Positions 1 through 10,999 are shown, counted from the stretch's first letter. The stretch is DNA of 64,000 bases from Candidatus Entotheonellaceae bacterium (GCA_965238075.1 OZ250173.1:576001-640000), one strand, 5' to 3'. The notes: generated from the letters alone by a model not told the origin. Program-made: numbers and translations.

Positions 1-1
1 C

Positions 2-535
2 CTGCGCACCGATGAAATCGTCCTCACCGCCATGATGGCGGTCAGACAGTGGGCAGCGTTTTCGGACCATCAGCTTGATTTCAGCACCATCGGCACCGGC
101 ATGGGACACGCCTCGGACATCGGCCTCGGCTTGGCGCTGGCACAACCCGAGCGCCGGATCATCGTCCTCAACGGCGACGGCAGCATGCTGATGAACCTCG
201 GCCAACTGGTCACCATCGCGCAGCAGGCGCCGTCGAATCTCATCCTCATGGTGCTGCACAACGGCACCTACGAGGTCACCGGCGGACAGCCCATCCCCGG
301 ACCCGCCAACCTCGATTTCGCCGGCATGGCGCGCGCCGCCGGCATCGCCAAGTCGTATGACTTCGACGAGCTCGACGCCTTTACTGCCGCCCTGCCCGAC
401 ATCCTGAACGGCCAAGGCCCCAACTTCGTCAACCTGCGGGTCGTGGCAGACGAAATTCCCTTGCCGCCGCCGTCCCGCCAGCCGCTGCCGCAGCGCGCCG
501 CGCAACTGATGAAAGCCCTGGGTGTAACGACCTGA
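2..535 (+). CDS. Thiamine-pyrophosphate-binding protein (sulfopyruvate/phosphonopyruvate decarboxylase beta-like), 5' partial
   Basis: TPP motif GDGSMLMN...LHNGTY; the frame is open back to the window edge. Confidence 0.8.
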   Translation: MRTDEIVLTAMMAVRQWAAFSDHQLDFSTIGTGMGHASDIGLGLALAQPERRIIVLNGDGSMLMNLGQLVTIAQQAPSNLILMVLHNGTYEVTGGQPIPGPANLDFAGMARAAGIAKSYDFDELDAFTAALPDILNGQGPNFVNLRVVADEIPLPPPSRQPLPQRAAQLMKALGVTT

Positions 536-595
536 CCACCAGCAGCCAGCCCTCGAGACGCTCCCTCCCCCGCGTCGGAATCGAAAGGACACCCC

Positions 596-3118
596 GTGGC
601 CGGATCGCTTGACAACGTGCGCGTGCTTGAACTCACCCGAGGCGTTGCGGGACCCTACGCCGCGAAGCTGCTGGCCGACCAGGGCGCTGACGTTATCAAG
701 CTGGAGCCGCCGAGCGGCGACGACAGCCGCGCCTTCGGGCCATTCCCGAACGACGAAGCGCACCCGGAGCGCTCCGGGCTATTCCTGCATCTGAATCGTA
801 ACAAGAAGTCCATCGTTGTCGATCCGGCCAGCCCGGACGGCGCCGAGATCATCCCACGGCTCGCCACGCGGGCGCATATCGTGCTGGAAGATTACCCCGC
901 CGGCTCGGCCGACGCCTGGGGCTGGGGCTGGCCAACATTGCAAGCAACCAACCCGGCCCTGGTGCTGACGTCCGTCACGCCGTTCGGGCAAAGCGGACCG
1001 TATCGCGACTACCGCGGCTCGGAACTCACCCTGCAAGCCATGGGCGGCCCGCTGATTACCAACGGCCACGAGGACCGCGAACCGCTCAAGCTGGCTGGCC
1101 ATTATGCCCACTACCACGCCGGCATGGTGGCAGCGGTAGCCACCCTGATGGCGCTGCGCCGCGCCGAGGCGAGCGGAGAAGGCGACTGGATCGACGTGTC
1201 GGTGTACGAGTGCCAGGCCGGTTGCCGCGACCGCCAATCCACCAATCTGACCATCGCGGCGTATACGGGTATGTCCGTGGGCCGCGGGCCCTCCGGCTGG
1301 CGCATGGGCGCCGGCGTGCGTCCATGCCGCGACGGCTACGTGAATATCATGGGCGCCGCCAACCGCCTGCCGCGCCTGCTGCGACTGATCGGCCGCGAGG
1401 ACCTCCTTGACCACCCGCAAATCGGCGCTCCCATGGGCACCGAGCCACAGGCGCTCGTCGACGCCGTCGAAAGCGCCTACGCCGCCTGGCTGGCGCCGCT
1501 CAGCAGACGTGAGGCCGTCGCCGCGGCGCAGGCCGGAGGACTGCTGGCGGGACCCGTGCATACGGTGGCAGACGTACTGCAAGACCCTCATTTCCTGGCG
1601 CGAGGCGTCTGGGACACCGTCGATCATCCCGAAACCGGGCCGTTACAATACCCCGGACGGCCGTTCGTCCTGACCCGTTCGCCGCGCCGCCAACAACAGC
1701 GCGCTCCGCTGCTCGATGAACACGCCCGCGAGCGCGATACGGCGTGGCCCTGGACAGCGCCCACACCGCCCTCGAAGACCCACCACGCCCCGCTCCCTTT
1801 GCCGCTCGATGGCCTGCGGGTGGCGGAAATCACCGTCGTGTGGGCCGGGCCGCACGTCACCCAGCTCCTGGGCGAGTGGGGCGCCGACATCGTGCGCGTC
1901 GAGCCGCTGAACAAGCCGCAACCCTACACGCGCGGCATGGAGGGCGTGCCGACCCGCGAGCAGGCGCGCCGGCTCAGCGCCCAGGGCATCCCCTCGCGCC
2001 TGGCCGGCAGCGACCCGCAACTCGACCCCTGGAACCGCAACGCCTCCTTCAACTCGCACGCCCGCAACAAGCGCTCCATGGCCTGCGATATCATGACCCC
2101 CGAAGGTCACGAGGCCCTGCTGCGCCTCGTCGAGCATTGCGACGTGCTGGTCGAAAACAACGCGCCGCAAACGATGGACAAAGCCGGTATCAGCTGGGAA
2201 ACGCTGCATCGCATCAACCCCCGCCTCATCATGCTGCGCATGCCGGCCTTCGCGCTCGACGGTCCGTACCGCAACTACCGCGCCTTCGGCCTGCACGTGG
2301 AAGCCATGATCGGCCACACTCATCTACGCGGCTATCCCGGTCAGGGCCCCGAGCTACTGAGCGAATCACTGGCCAGCGACGGCCTCGCCGGCGTGCAGGG
2401 CGCCCTCACGGTGCTGATGGCGCTGCGTCACCGCGAACGCACCGGCCAGGGGCAACTCATCGAAATGCCCCTGCCGGAAGGCTTCCTGCCGACCCTCGGC
2501 GAGTTCATCATGGATTACACCATGAACGGCCGCGACACGCCGTCGCAGGGCAATCGGCATCGCTGGCACGCTCCGCACAACGTGTATCCGTGCCAAGGCG
2601 ACGACAACTGGATCGCCGTTGATGTAGGAACGGATGCCGAGTTTGCCGCCCTGTGCGGAGTTCTGAAGGCGCCGCGTCTGGCCGACGAGCCGCGCTTTCG
2701 CACCGCCGCGTCGCGGTTGCAGAACGTCGACGCGTTGGACACAGCCCTCGCGTCTCTGACCCCGGCGCACGAAAAGGACGCCCTCTTCCGCTCCCTGCAA
2801 GCCGTCGGCGTGTGCGCCGCGCCGGTGCGTCGGGCGCTCGAAATCCTGCGCGACCCCCATCTCGCGGCACGCGGGTTTTTCGAGGAATTGCCGACCGGCG
2901 ACGAGCAGCGCCCGTATCTCTACCCCGGTTTGATTTTCCACATGGCGCGCACACCGAACGCCCTGCGCACCGGTCCCGTTCGCTTGGGCGAACACAACCG
3001 GGAAATCTACTGCGACCTGCTTGGCTACTCGCCCGCCGAGCTCGCCGCCCTGGAACAGCAGGGCCACGTCGGCACCGCCCACCCGCCGCACGTCTGGCGC
3101 CCTGAATCGGAAGCATGA
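596..3118 (+). CDS. CaiB/BaiF family (class III) CoA-transferase, tandem two-domain fusion
   Basis: Two repeats of the L.G.RVLE...AGP...GADVI.VEP and RNK.S motifs; 840 aa. Confidence 0.9.
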   Translation: MAGSLDNVRVLELTRGVAGPYAAKLLADQGADVIKLEPPSGDDSRAFGPFPNDEAHPERSGLFLHLNRNKKSIVVDPASPDGAEIIPRLATRAHIVLEDYPAGSADAWGWGWPTLQATNPALVLTSVTPFGQSGPYRDYRGSELTLQAMGGPLITNGHEDREPLKLAGHYAHYHAGMVAAVATLMALRRAEASGEGDWIDVSVYECQAGCRDRQSTNLTIAAYTGMSVGRGPSGWRMGAGVRPCRDGYVNIMGAANRLPRLLRLIGREDLLDHPQIGAPMGTEPQALVDAVESAYAAWLAPLSRREAVAAAQAGGLLAGPVHTVADVLQDPHFLARGVWDTVDHPETGPLQYPGRPFVLTRSPRRQQQRAPLLDEHARERDTAWPWTAPTPPSKTHHAPLPLPLDGLRVAEITVVWAGPHVTQLLGEWGADIVRVEPLNKPQPYTRGMEGVPTREQARRLSAQGIPSRLAGSDPQLDPWNRNASFNSHARNKRSMACDIMTPEGHEALLRLVEHCDVLVENNAPQTMDKAGISWETLHRINPRLIMLRMPAFALDGPYRNYRAFGLHVEAMIGHTHLRGYPGQGPELLSESLASDGLAGVQGALTVLMALRHRERTGQGQLIEMPLPEGFLPTLGEFIMDYTMNGRDTPSQGNRHRWHAPHNVYPCQGDDNWIAVDVGTDAEFAALCGVLKAPRLADEPRFRTAASRLQNVDALDTALASLTPAHEKDALFRSLQAVGVCAAPVRRALEILRDPHLAARGFFEELPTGDEQRPYLYPGLIFHMARTPNALRTGPVRLGEHNREIYCDLLGYSPAELAALEQQGHVGTAHPPHVWRPESEA

Positions 3119-3124
3119 GGTAGC

Positions 3125-4117
3125 ATGGACCCCCTCTCCCAAGGCGTCCTCGGGGTTACAGCCGCGCAGGCCGTAAGCCAGAAGCCCCAGGCACGCCGCG
3201 CCGCCTTCATGGGCTTGGTAGCCGGCTTGGCACCGGACGCCGACGTGTTCATCACCTCCGCCACCGATCCTCTACTGTCGCTGCAATTCCATCGCCAGTT
3301 CACCCACGCGCTGGCGTTTATCCCAGTCGGTGCCCTGCTTGTGGCCCTGTTCCTGCATCCCCTCGTGGGCCGCAACGCCCTGCGCTTCAGGACCACTTAC
3401 CTGTTCTGCCTCGCCGGTTACGCCACGCACGGCCTGTTGGACGCCTGCACCTCCTATGGCACGCAACTTCTGTGGCCGTTCTCGGACCTGCGCGTCGCCT
3501 GGAACAACATCTCGATAATCGATCCACTGTTCACCGTACCAATCCTTTTCCTGGTAACGTTTGCCATCTGGCGGAAGTCGCCCATGCTGGCTCGCTGCGC
3601 CCTCGTCTGGGCCGTGGCATACCTGATGATCGGCGTCGTACAGCGTGACCGCGCTGCTGCCATCGGCCATGGCGTAGCGGCAACGCGGGGACACGTTGTC
3701 GAACGGCTTTCGGCCAAGCCGACATTTGCCAACCTCCTGGTGTGGAAAATCATCTACGAAGCGGAAGGCATGTTCTACGTCGATGCCGTGCGAGTGGGCC
3801 TCAGCAGCCGCCACTACCCCGGCACCGCCATTGCCAAGCTGGATATCGCCCGCGACCTGCCATGGCTGCAGTCTGGTAGCCAGCAGGCGCGCGACGTGGA
3901 GCGCTTCCGCTGGTTCTCGGGCGACTACCTGGCCCTGGCCAGCGAGAATACGATCACCGATATCCGCTACTCCCTGGTGCCCAACGAAATCGAAGGTTTG
4001 TGGCACATCGCCCTCAATTCCCGCGCCGCGCCGCACGAACACGTTCGCTCCGTCGGCCGTCGTACCGTCACGGCCGGCAAATGGCAGGCGTTCAGAGACA
4101 TGCTGCTGGGAAACTGA
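3125..4117 (+). CDS. Membrane-bound metal-dependent hydrolase (YdjM/YbcI-like)
   Basis: MDPLSQ..LG, APDADV, HRQFTH and HGLLDACTSYGT motifs with TM helices. Confidence 0.85.
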   Translation: MDPLSQGVLGVTAAQAVSQKPQARRAAFMGLVAGLAPDADVFITSATDPLLSLQFHRQFTHALAFIPVGALLVALFLHPLVGRNALRFRTTYLFCLAGYATHGLLDACTSYGTQLLWPFSDLRVAWNNISIIDPLFTVPILFLVTFAIWRKSPMLARCALVWAVAYLMIGVVQRDRAAAIGHGVAATRGHVVERLSAKPTFANLLVWKIIYEAEGMFYVDAVRVGLSSRHYPGTAIAKLDIARDLPWLQSGSQQARDVERFRWFSGDYLALASENTITDIRYSLVPNEIEGLWHIALNSRAAPHEHVRSVGRRTVTAGKWQAFRDMLLGN

Positions 4118-4173
4118 ATGGCCAGCCTGGAATGCAGGGTTCAGATTGGAAACAGCACTCTGGGTGCCTTTAG

Positions 4174-4575
<402 letters not shown>

Positions 4576-4778
4576 TGACTGATTTTTTGAACTGCCTCAA
4601 AGAATGGCAAACTCTCGCGGCTGGCTTATTGGCGGTGATTGCTGCGATAGGTACGATGTGCGTTGTGTGGAAACAACTCAATTTTCAGAAGCGGCAGTCC
4701 AAGGAACGTCTTCGCCGACGCCAACTGGCATGTCGGGCCGCTTTACCAGCCGACTTGAGTACCATCATTAAAGTGCGT

Positions 4779-5693
4779 TCACTTTGATACCAAGAATTTC
4801 TCGAACTCCAGGTCGAGTTCGAATCTTGGCCACAACCGCGAGACCAACCGTTGCGGATCGGCATTGATACGATCGATGAAGGCTTTGCAGGCATCAAAGA
4901 GATGGCGCATGGAGGCATGACAGAAATTGCGCGTCACCTCTTCGCGCATCCACTTCCAGAGACCTTCAATCGGATTCAGGTCTGGGCTATAGCTTGGCAG
5001 AGCGACCAACGTGAAGCCCAATTCCGAAGCCGCCGCTTGCACACGCTTGGCCTTGTGCCACGGGGCGCCGTCCCAGATGAGTACGACCTCACCAGGCTCA
5101 TCACCCATCCAAGCGGCAACGTGGTGTAAGAATTCGATCGTATGGGCTTGGTTACAGGAGCCCTCGTTCCAGATGAAACACTGGCCGCAGGAGAAATCGT
5201 AGGCGCCATACCAGTTGATGCGTTCAGCCAAAGAGGCACAGCCGCTCAGACGCCAAGCGGGTTTGCCCTCGGGCGCCCAGGTGTAGCCCAGGTCCATATC
5301 GCGGTGCAGATGGGCTTCATCGATATAGAGCAAGCGGATATCCCGGCGACAAAGCCGCGCCAACAATTCCTGGAATTGTTGGACAAAGGCGGCACGACGT
5401 TGCGGGTCGGCCTTCTTGAGCACTTTTTGGCATTTCTTCCAACTCAGTCTTTGAGCCCGCAGGACTCGGTGCAAGGTCGTGCGGCTGCATGCGTAGCCGA
5501 TGACCTGTTCAAGCCAACGTCGCAACTTTTTCAAGGTCCAGGCATGGCCTGGCAGGCCATGGTCGAGCGGGTCGGTCTCGACGACCGTGCGGACGAGTTG
5601 ATCGAGTTGCTCTTGGCCAAAAGGGGGTGGCGGCCTCCGGTGTGACGATAGATGACGCCCGCGAGGCCGGCCAAATTGTAACGATGCACCCAA
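4779..5693 (-). CDS. IS630 transposase, HTH + DDE catalytic part (OrfB)
   Basis: YIDEAH, LIWDGAPWH and LPSYSPDLNPIEGLW motifs. Confidence 0.9.
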   Translation of the reverse strand: MGASLQFGRPRGRHLSSHRRPPPPFGQEQLDQLVRTVVETDPLDHGLPGHAWTLKKLRRWLEQVIGYACSRTTLHRVLRAQRLSWKKCQKVLKKADPQRRAAFVQQFQELLARLCRRDIRLLYIDEAHLHRDMDLGYTWAPEGKPAWRLSGCASLAERINWYGAYDFSCGQCFIWNEGSCNQAHTIEFLHHVAAWMGDEPGEVVLIWDGAPWHKAKRVQAAASELGFTLVALPSYSPDLNPIEGLWKWMREEVTRNFCHASMRHLFDACKAFIDRINADPQRLVSRLWPRFELDLEFEKFLVSK

Positions 5694-5875
5694 CTCAGGA
5701 CGGTCTCCTTGGTATGTCCGATGTGGGCTGCCCAGGTAGTCGCATTGGTTTGCTGAGAGGCGATCATGTAGAGGGCCAGGAGACGCTCGCGACTGCGTGG
5801 ATGCTGGGCGTTGACCGCGAGGCGTCGCAAATCAGCCAAGCTGTGACCCCAGGTGTTCAAATCGGGTCGAACCAT
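5531..5875 (-). CDS. IS630 transposase N-terminal HTH part (OrfA)
   Basis: HPRSRERLLALYMI...ETVLSWVHRYN...G; overlaps OrfB across a CCCCCTTTT run. Confidence 0.8.
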   Translation of the reverse strand: MVRPDLNTWGHSLADLRRLAVNAQHPRSRERLLALYMIASQQTNATTWAAHIGHTKETVLSWVHRYNLAGLAGVIYRHTGGRHPLLAKSNSINSSARSSRPTRSTMACQAMPGP

Positions 5876-6977
5876 CGTTTCCTCCGTTTTCGGTGGGGAG
5901 AGAGATACGCTTATAGATGGTTCTATCACACAGGGCCTGTCCATAGCCAAAATTCTTGGTCTCAATAGGGATCTACATTAGATATCTTGAAGATTGCTCT
6001 TGTGCAGTCACAACAGCACTACGACAAAAGTTGGAACCACAAGAAAAACGCACCGTTATCGAGATCCCCAAGCTTGAGGATCGGGTTATCAAAAATCTAC
6101 AAGACCTCATCGAGCATATCGTGGATGAACGCAATGCCGAAGCCATTGTCGAGATTCTGAGGATTTATCAAATACAATATTCTTGGCTTAGCTGGATGTT
6201 GGCTGGGTTTAATCATCCTAACAGGAATCGAATTGTAACGATAGAAGATGTCGTTCCTAGAATAGTCAAGTTATTTCTTCATGTAGAATCAGCATTCCGA
6301 TTTTCCCGCAACGAGGTAGAAACGATACCGAAATTGCAAATCCGTGAGGAAGATCTTGATCGGGCTTTTTTGGCCCTGCAATTATTCGATATCATCTCAG
6401 AGAAGTGTAAAGAGAAGTGCAAAAGGATGTGCCTTAAGGCTCAGGAACAGACCCTGCGTGATTTGGCGCACGATAAGCGGTGCTGAGTCCGGGCAGAGCA
6501 TGCTTAGAGGGTACTGCATTGCGGCGGCGGCAAGAGTCCTCCAGGTGAGTGCGGATTACCTATTAGAGCTCACTGAAAACATGACGCCAAAAATGATAGA
6601 GGCCGCCGTAGCGTGAAACCTTGGCGGGAAACCCCGCTACGGCAGTATCGCCCGCGTAACAAGTCACACGAAGGGAGTAAGGATTCTATGACCTCCCAGC
6701 AGGCAACCACAAGCGGGGCGACCGGCCTGCATCTTCGCTTGGCGAGCCTGGCGTGGCCGGACACCGCTGAGGTGGTCGGGGAAGTCCGCTGGATGGGGAG
6801 AGAACTTTAAGTCTGTACACCGAAACGCTGCACCAACCGGCCAACCTGTAATGTTTCGGGGATATCGCTGATATTCTGACAACTAAATGCGAGCGACAAT
6901 CTCGCTTATCCACCGCGCGGCTTGGTCGGGCCGCCATGCTTACACCAAGCCTAGATAACCGATACCCTCCCTTTGGT

Positions 6978-7307
6978 CTATCGTCCAAGTGCCGCCTGTT
7001 CCACTGTTTCGGTCAGCCAGGCGTTGAGGCTCTTGCCTGCGCCCTTGGCAGCTGCGGCTGCGGCCCGATGGACCTCCGGCGGGACCCGCAGGGGAATCTT
7101 CCCGGAGAAGGGCTTGTCCGGCTGACGTCCTCGCTCGGCGCAGACGGTCAGATAATCGTCGATAGAGAACCGAAATTCCTTCTGCAGTTGTTCGACGGAC
7201 GTTCCCTCAAACGTGATGACGTCCCGAGTGTCGACCACTTCGCCGTGAAAAATACCGGCCTCGTCGTCGTATACCACTGCCGCCCGATATCCTTTGTACT
7301 CCATCAT
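6978..7307 (-). CDS. hicB: HicB-family antitoxin
   Basis: MEYKGY...FHGEV....DVITFEG...KPFSGKIPLRVPPEVH with a C-terminal RHH. Confidence 0.9.
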   Translation of the reverse strand: MMEYKGYRAAVVYDDEAGIFHGEVVDTRDVITFEGTSVEQLQKEFRFSIDDYLTVCAERGRQPDKPFSGKIPLRVPPEVHRAAAAAAKGAGKSLNAWLTETVEQAALGR

Positions 7308-7558
7308 GGCTCTATCCCAGCCTCCATGAGAAATCGCCGCAGCGAATCCACCGCGCCTTTCCCTGCTTCTTTCTCAGGATGGGGCCGGTGAAAGTGACCG
7401 GCCACGTCATTCAATTCGACGTATACCCTGGAGCCCTCACGTTCCTCGACGTAGGCCCCGAGGGCATCGAGCAGCGATTCAATATCATCCCACCTGATGT
7501 TGGATTGTGTGGGCCGCTTAAAAATCGCTTCCAATATCTTGCGATGTTTCTTTCTCAT
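7304..7558 (-). CDS. hicA: HicA-family toxin
   Basis: IRWDDIESLL..LGA..EEREGSRV...FHRPHP; overlaps the hicB start. Confidence 0.9.
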   Translation of the reverse strand: MRKKHRKILEAIFKRPTQSNIRWDDIESLLDALGAYVEEREGSRVYVELNDVAGHFHRPHPEKEAGKGAVDSLRRFLMEAGIEP

Positions 7559-7565
7559 GCCTTAT

Positions 7566-7586
7566 TGATATTATCAAATAATATCA
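7566..7586. promoter_or_regulatory. Probable HicB operator
   Basis: Perfect 9-bp inverted repeat TGATATTAT-CAA-ATAATATCA just upstream of hicA. Confidence 0.65.
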
Positions 7587-7905
7587 TGATCAAGGGGAGC
7601 AGGAAAAAATCCGGCTTCTTGACAGCGCGGCGGGTCTGCATGCGCCTGGCGCTTTCGGCACCAAAGAGCCGACGCCCAATTGACGAGCGGCGAGACGAGC
7701 GCCGCCTGACGGCTTGAAAGCCGCCAACAATCAGGAGTTATTTAATGGATGGATAATTAATCAAACGGACGGCAGATGGGCGAAAGGGCCGTTCCCTCTC
7801 TGTAACCGTGACAGGGAGAATTTGATGCGACGCATGTTCGGAGCGGCATTGAACCCAAGCGACGCGATGTGCTACGGTTGCCTCATCCTTACAGCCCTGC
7901 AAAGG

Positions 7906-8095
7906 TACAGCAGTTCAAGATCGGTTGGCACCATGCAAGCCACCGTATCGTCATTCCGGCGCATGCCGAAATCCAGCGACCCCGGATCCAGTCCGGGGCA
8001 GGCTCTTTGTCACCGGAAAGCCACTCGACTCCGGCTTCCGCCGGCGTGACTCGGTCAGTTTGAACACCGTTTCTTTTCAACCTTGAATTGCTTTA
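7906..8095. mobile_element. MITE-like element with an internal REP-like hairpin
   Basis: Ends TACAGCAGTTCAAGA...CCTTGAATTGCTTTA; core GTCATTCCGGC...GCCGGCGTGAC; inverted relative at 24163-24327. Confidence 0.65.
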
Positions 8096-8128
8096 ACCGT
8101 ACATAACCAATCAGGAGGCACCCTCGTT

Positions 8129-8998
8129 ATGCAACAGCGGCAGCTCGGCGATATCCGCATCACCCGTATCGTGGAATCCACCGGCACCGATTTCCAACCC
8201 CTGACGTTTTTTCCTGAGACCGGCCCCGAGGACTGGGAAGCGCACCGCAATTGGATGCTGCCGCGGGCCATGGATACGGCTTCCGGCAATCTGGTGCTGG
8301 TGTTCCAGGCATTTCTGGTCCAAACGTCGCACCATACCATCGTCGTCGACACGTGCGTGGGCGACAACAAGCCGCGCGAGGCGCGCCCGAGTTGGCACCT
8401 GCAGCAACTCGGTACCTTTCTGCCGCTGCTGGGCAAGGCCGGGGTCACACCCGAGGACGTCGATTACGTGTTTTGTACCCACATGCACTCGGACCACGTC
8501 GGCTGGAACACACAGTTACGCGACGGCCGCTGGGTCCCCACGTTCCCCAACGCGCAGTACGTCTTTGCGCGCGGCGAGCTGGATGCCTGGGAAAAGTTGC
8601 ACCGCGATACCCCGCAGCCGCACCTGATCGACAGCGTGTACCCGATTCTGGAGGCGGGGCAGGCGAAACTGGTCGAACCCGACTTCGCGCTCGACGACGA
8701 GGTGTGGCTGGAATCGACGCCCGGCCACACGCCGGACCACGTGAGTGTGCGGCTGGCGTCGCAAGGGGCGCAGGCGATCATAACCGGCGATCTCATCCAC
8801 AACCCGGTGCAATGCCTCGAACCGGCGTGGATCATGCGGGCCGACTTCGAACCGGAACGCGCCAAAGCGACGCGGCAGAAATTTCTCGACGCGCACTGCG
8901 AGGCCGACATGCTGATCTGCGCCACGCACTTTCCAGAGCCGTCGTTCGGGCGCCTCGTACGGCGCGACGACGCCTTCTGGTTTGACTACGAAGAATAG
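8129..8998 (+). CDS. Metallo-beta-lactamase-fold hydrolase
   Basis: THMHSDHVG, PGHTPDH and GDLIH motifs. Confidence 0.9.
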   Translation: MQQRQLGDIRITRIVESTGTDFQPLTFFPETGPEDWEAHRNWMLPRAMDTASGNLVLVFQAFLVQTSHHTIVVDTCVGDNKPREARPSWHLQQLGTFLPLLGKAGVTPEDVDYVFCTHMHSDHVGWNTQLRDGRWVPTFPNAQYVFARGELDAWEKLHRDTPQPHLIDSVYPILEAGQAKLVEPDFALDDEVWLESTPGHTPDHVSVRLASQGAQAIITGDLIHNPVQCLEPAWIMRADFEPERAKATRQKFLDAHCEADMLICATHFPEPSFGRLVRRDDAFWFDYEE

Positions 8999-9010
8999 CG
9001 AATCAGCCGT

Positions 9011-10165
9011 CTATCCCGGCGGCAACCCCAGCCCGCGTGTGGCGATGATGTTGCGCAGGATGGACGAGGTGCCGCCCTGGATCGTGTAGGCGGGGGCGTA
9101 GAGGTAGGCGCGGGCGACGCGGCCATCCAGCGGCGCGCAGGGAGAGCCGGGAAGCAGTTGGCCGTAGCCGCCCATAAGCTCGCTGGCGGCCTGCGCCAGG
9201 CGCTGCTCGAACTCGGTGCAGTACGCCTTGGCGGCTGCCGATTCGGCATTCGGTACGACGCCTTGGGTCAGCAGCCAAGCCACACGGTAGATCATCAGCT
9301 TACCCATGGTGAATTCGATATGCAGTTGCGCCAGCCGGTGCCGCACCACCTCGCTGCGGTCCCTGCCGGTGTCGCGGACGTGGCGCCGTATGACGTCCAT
9401 CAGGGCATAGTTGCTCATCAGCCGCTCAATGCCGCTGCGCTCGTAGTCGAGTTGCGAGGCGATCTGATACCAGCCGCGGTCCTTCTCCCCCACCAGTGCC
9501 TCCTGAGGGATGCGCACGTCATCGAAAAACACCTCGTTGAAGTGGTGCGCGCCGGTCATGTCCACAATGGGCTTGATGGTGATGCCCGGCGTTTTCATGT
9601 CGACCAGAAATTCGCTGATGCCCTTGTGCTTCGGGCCATCCGGCGTGGTGCGGGCCACCAGATAGCAGTAATCCGCCTGGTGCGCAAAGCTCGTCCAGAT
9701 CTTCTGACCATGCAGGACGAATTCGTCCCCCTCTTGCACGGCGCGGGTCTGCAAACCCGCCAGGTCCGACCCCGCCCCCGGTTCGCTCATGCCGATGCAA
9801 AACACCAAATCGCCGGAGACGATCCCCGGCAGGAAGGCGGCCTTCTGCGCCTCGGAACCGTAGCGCAGGATGGACGGCCCCATCTGCCGGTCGCCCAGCC
9901 AGTGCGCCGCCACCGGCGCCCCATGACGCAGAAGCTCCTCGGTGAGAATGAGGCGGTCGAGGTAATTGCGACCCTGCCCGCCGTACTCGCGCGGCCACGT
10001 CAAACCGATCCAGCCGCGCGCCGCCAATTTCTTCGAAAACGCCCGGTCGAAACCGAGAATCCAGGCGTCTTCGGCCACCGCCTCCGAGGACGGCAGCGCC
10101 GCCTGCAAAAAGTCGCGTATCTCCTGCCGAAAGGCTTCTTGTTCGGGTGTGAAACGAAAGTCCAT
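9011..10165 (-). CDS. Acyl-CoA dehydrogenase
   Basis: MSEPGAGSDL, GQKIWTS, FNEVFFDDV and TIQGGTS motifs. Confidence 0.93.
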   Translation of the reverse strand: MDFRFTPEQEAFRQEIRDFLQAALPSSEAVAEDAWILGFDRAFSKKLAARGWIGLTWPREYGGQGRNYLDRLILTEELLRHGAPVAAHWLGDRQMGPSILRYGSEAQKAAFLPGIVSGDLVFCIGMSEPGAGSDLAGLQTRAVQEGDEFVLHGQKIWTSFAHQADYCYLVARTTPDGPKHKGISEFLVDMKTPGITIKPIVDMTGAHHFNEVFFDDVRIPQEALVGEKDRGWYQIASQLDYERSGIERLMSNYALMDVIRRHVRDTGRDRSEVVRHRLAQLHIEFTMGKLMIYRVAWLLTQGVVPNAESAAAKAYCTEFEQRLAQAASELMGGYGQLLPGSPCAPLDGRVARAYLYAPAYTIQGGTSSILRNIIATRGLGLPPG

Positions 10166-10183
10166 GATGCTCCATCAGGCCGC

Positions 10184-10975
10184 TCAAGGCTGGCGCTCGA
10201 AAGTGATGCGCGTACCGACCGGCGCGTTGATCTGCGCCGACGCGTTGCCCTGCGTCAGGGCGATCTCCAGGGTATCGTTGCTGCTGACGAGCGCCACGAG
10301 CTCCCCTCGCGGCTGGTTGCCATAGGTGGCGCAAAAGGGCACCGTCCAGCGTCGTTCGTCGATCGTAAACGAGACATTCTGGCCGACCTGTAACCCCGGC
10401 AGCAGTTCTGGGGTGACGTTGGTGACGGCGTTACCGAAATGGTCGACATGTACGACTTCGCCCATCGCAGCTTGGCCAACTGCGCGCGGTGGACTGACAG
10501 GGAAGGTGACCAAGTCTTCCACAGGCGGCCCGAAATCAGCCGCCGACACCCCACTGGCAAGATGTGCTGCCACCGGAGCAAAGATATCTCGCCCATGAAA
10601 GGTCGACGAAATCCGAGGCCGAAAATAGGCGCTCTCCGTCAACTCGTAAGCCTCGCGCAGCCCGTGTGCTGTCAGTACGTGCGTGAACACGCCGTTATCC
10701 GGCCCGACGAACCACCTATCAGATTGTGCCGCGCACAGCACCGGGCGCCGCGTCGTGCCGACGCCGGGATCGACCACCGTTACCACGATGCTGCCGGCCG
10801 GCAGATAGCGGCTCGACGCCTCCAGCAAATAAGCTGCTTGGCGCACGTTGAACGCCGCCACCTCGTGATTGAGATCAATCACCGTCAGGGCCGCATTGAT
10901 GCTCAGAATGACGCCCTTCATCTGCGCCACGTAAGCATCCCGCACCCCAAAATCGGTGAACAACGCAATCAGCAT
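10184..10975 (-). CDS. SAM hydroxide adenosyltransferase (DUF62; chlorinase/fluorinase superfamily)
   Basis: TDFG, VVDPGVGTTRR, GPDNG, STFHGRDIF and DHFGN motifs. Confidence 0.88.
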   Translation of the reverse strand: MLIALFTDFGVRDAYVAQMKGVILSINAALTVIDLNHEVAAFNVRQAAYLLEASSRYLPAGSIVVTVVDPGVGTTRRPVLCAAQSDRWFVGPDNGVFTHVLTAHGLREAYELTESAYFRPRISSTFHGRDIFAPVAAHLASGVSAADFGPPVEDLVTFPVSPPRAVGQAAMGEVVHVDHFGNAVTNVTPELLPGLQVGQNVSFTIDERRWTVPFCATYGNQPRGELVALVSSNDTLEIALTQGNASAQINAPVGTRITFERQP

Positions 10976-10999
10976 GTCATCCTATTGCACTCGCCCTGC

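Larger units (their letters stand above)
4771..5978 (-). mobile_element. IS630-family insertion sequence (~1.2 kb)
   Basis: TA duplication at 4769-4770 and 5979-5980; imperfect terminal IRs sharing TTGA(T/G)ACCAAGAATTT; transposase ORFs inside. Confidence 0.9.

Noticed and set aside
7600-7900. Structured RNA between hicA and the MITE
   Set aside because: Only a few short hairpins, with no recognisable family or repeat support.
10184-10975. Halogenase (chlorinase/fluorinase)
   Set aside because: It has the DPGVG..RR and TFHGRD residues of DUF62 SAM hydrolases and no biosynthetic cluster context.
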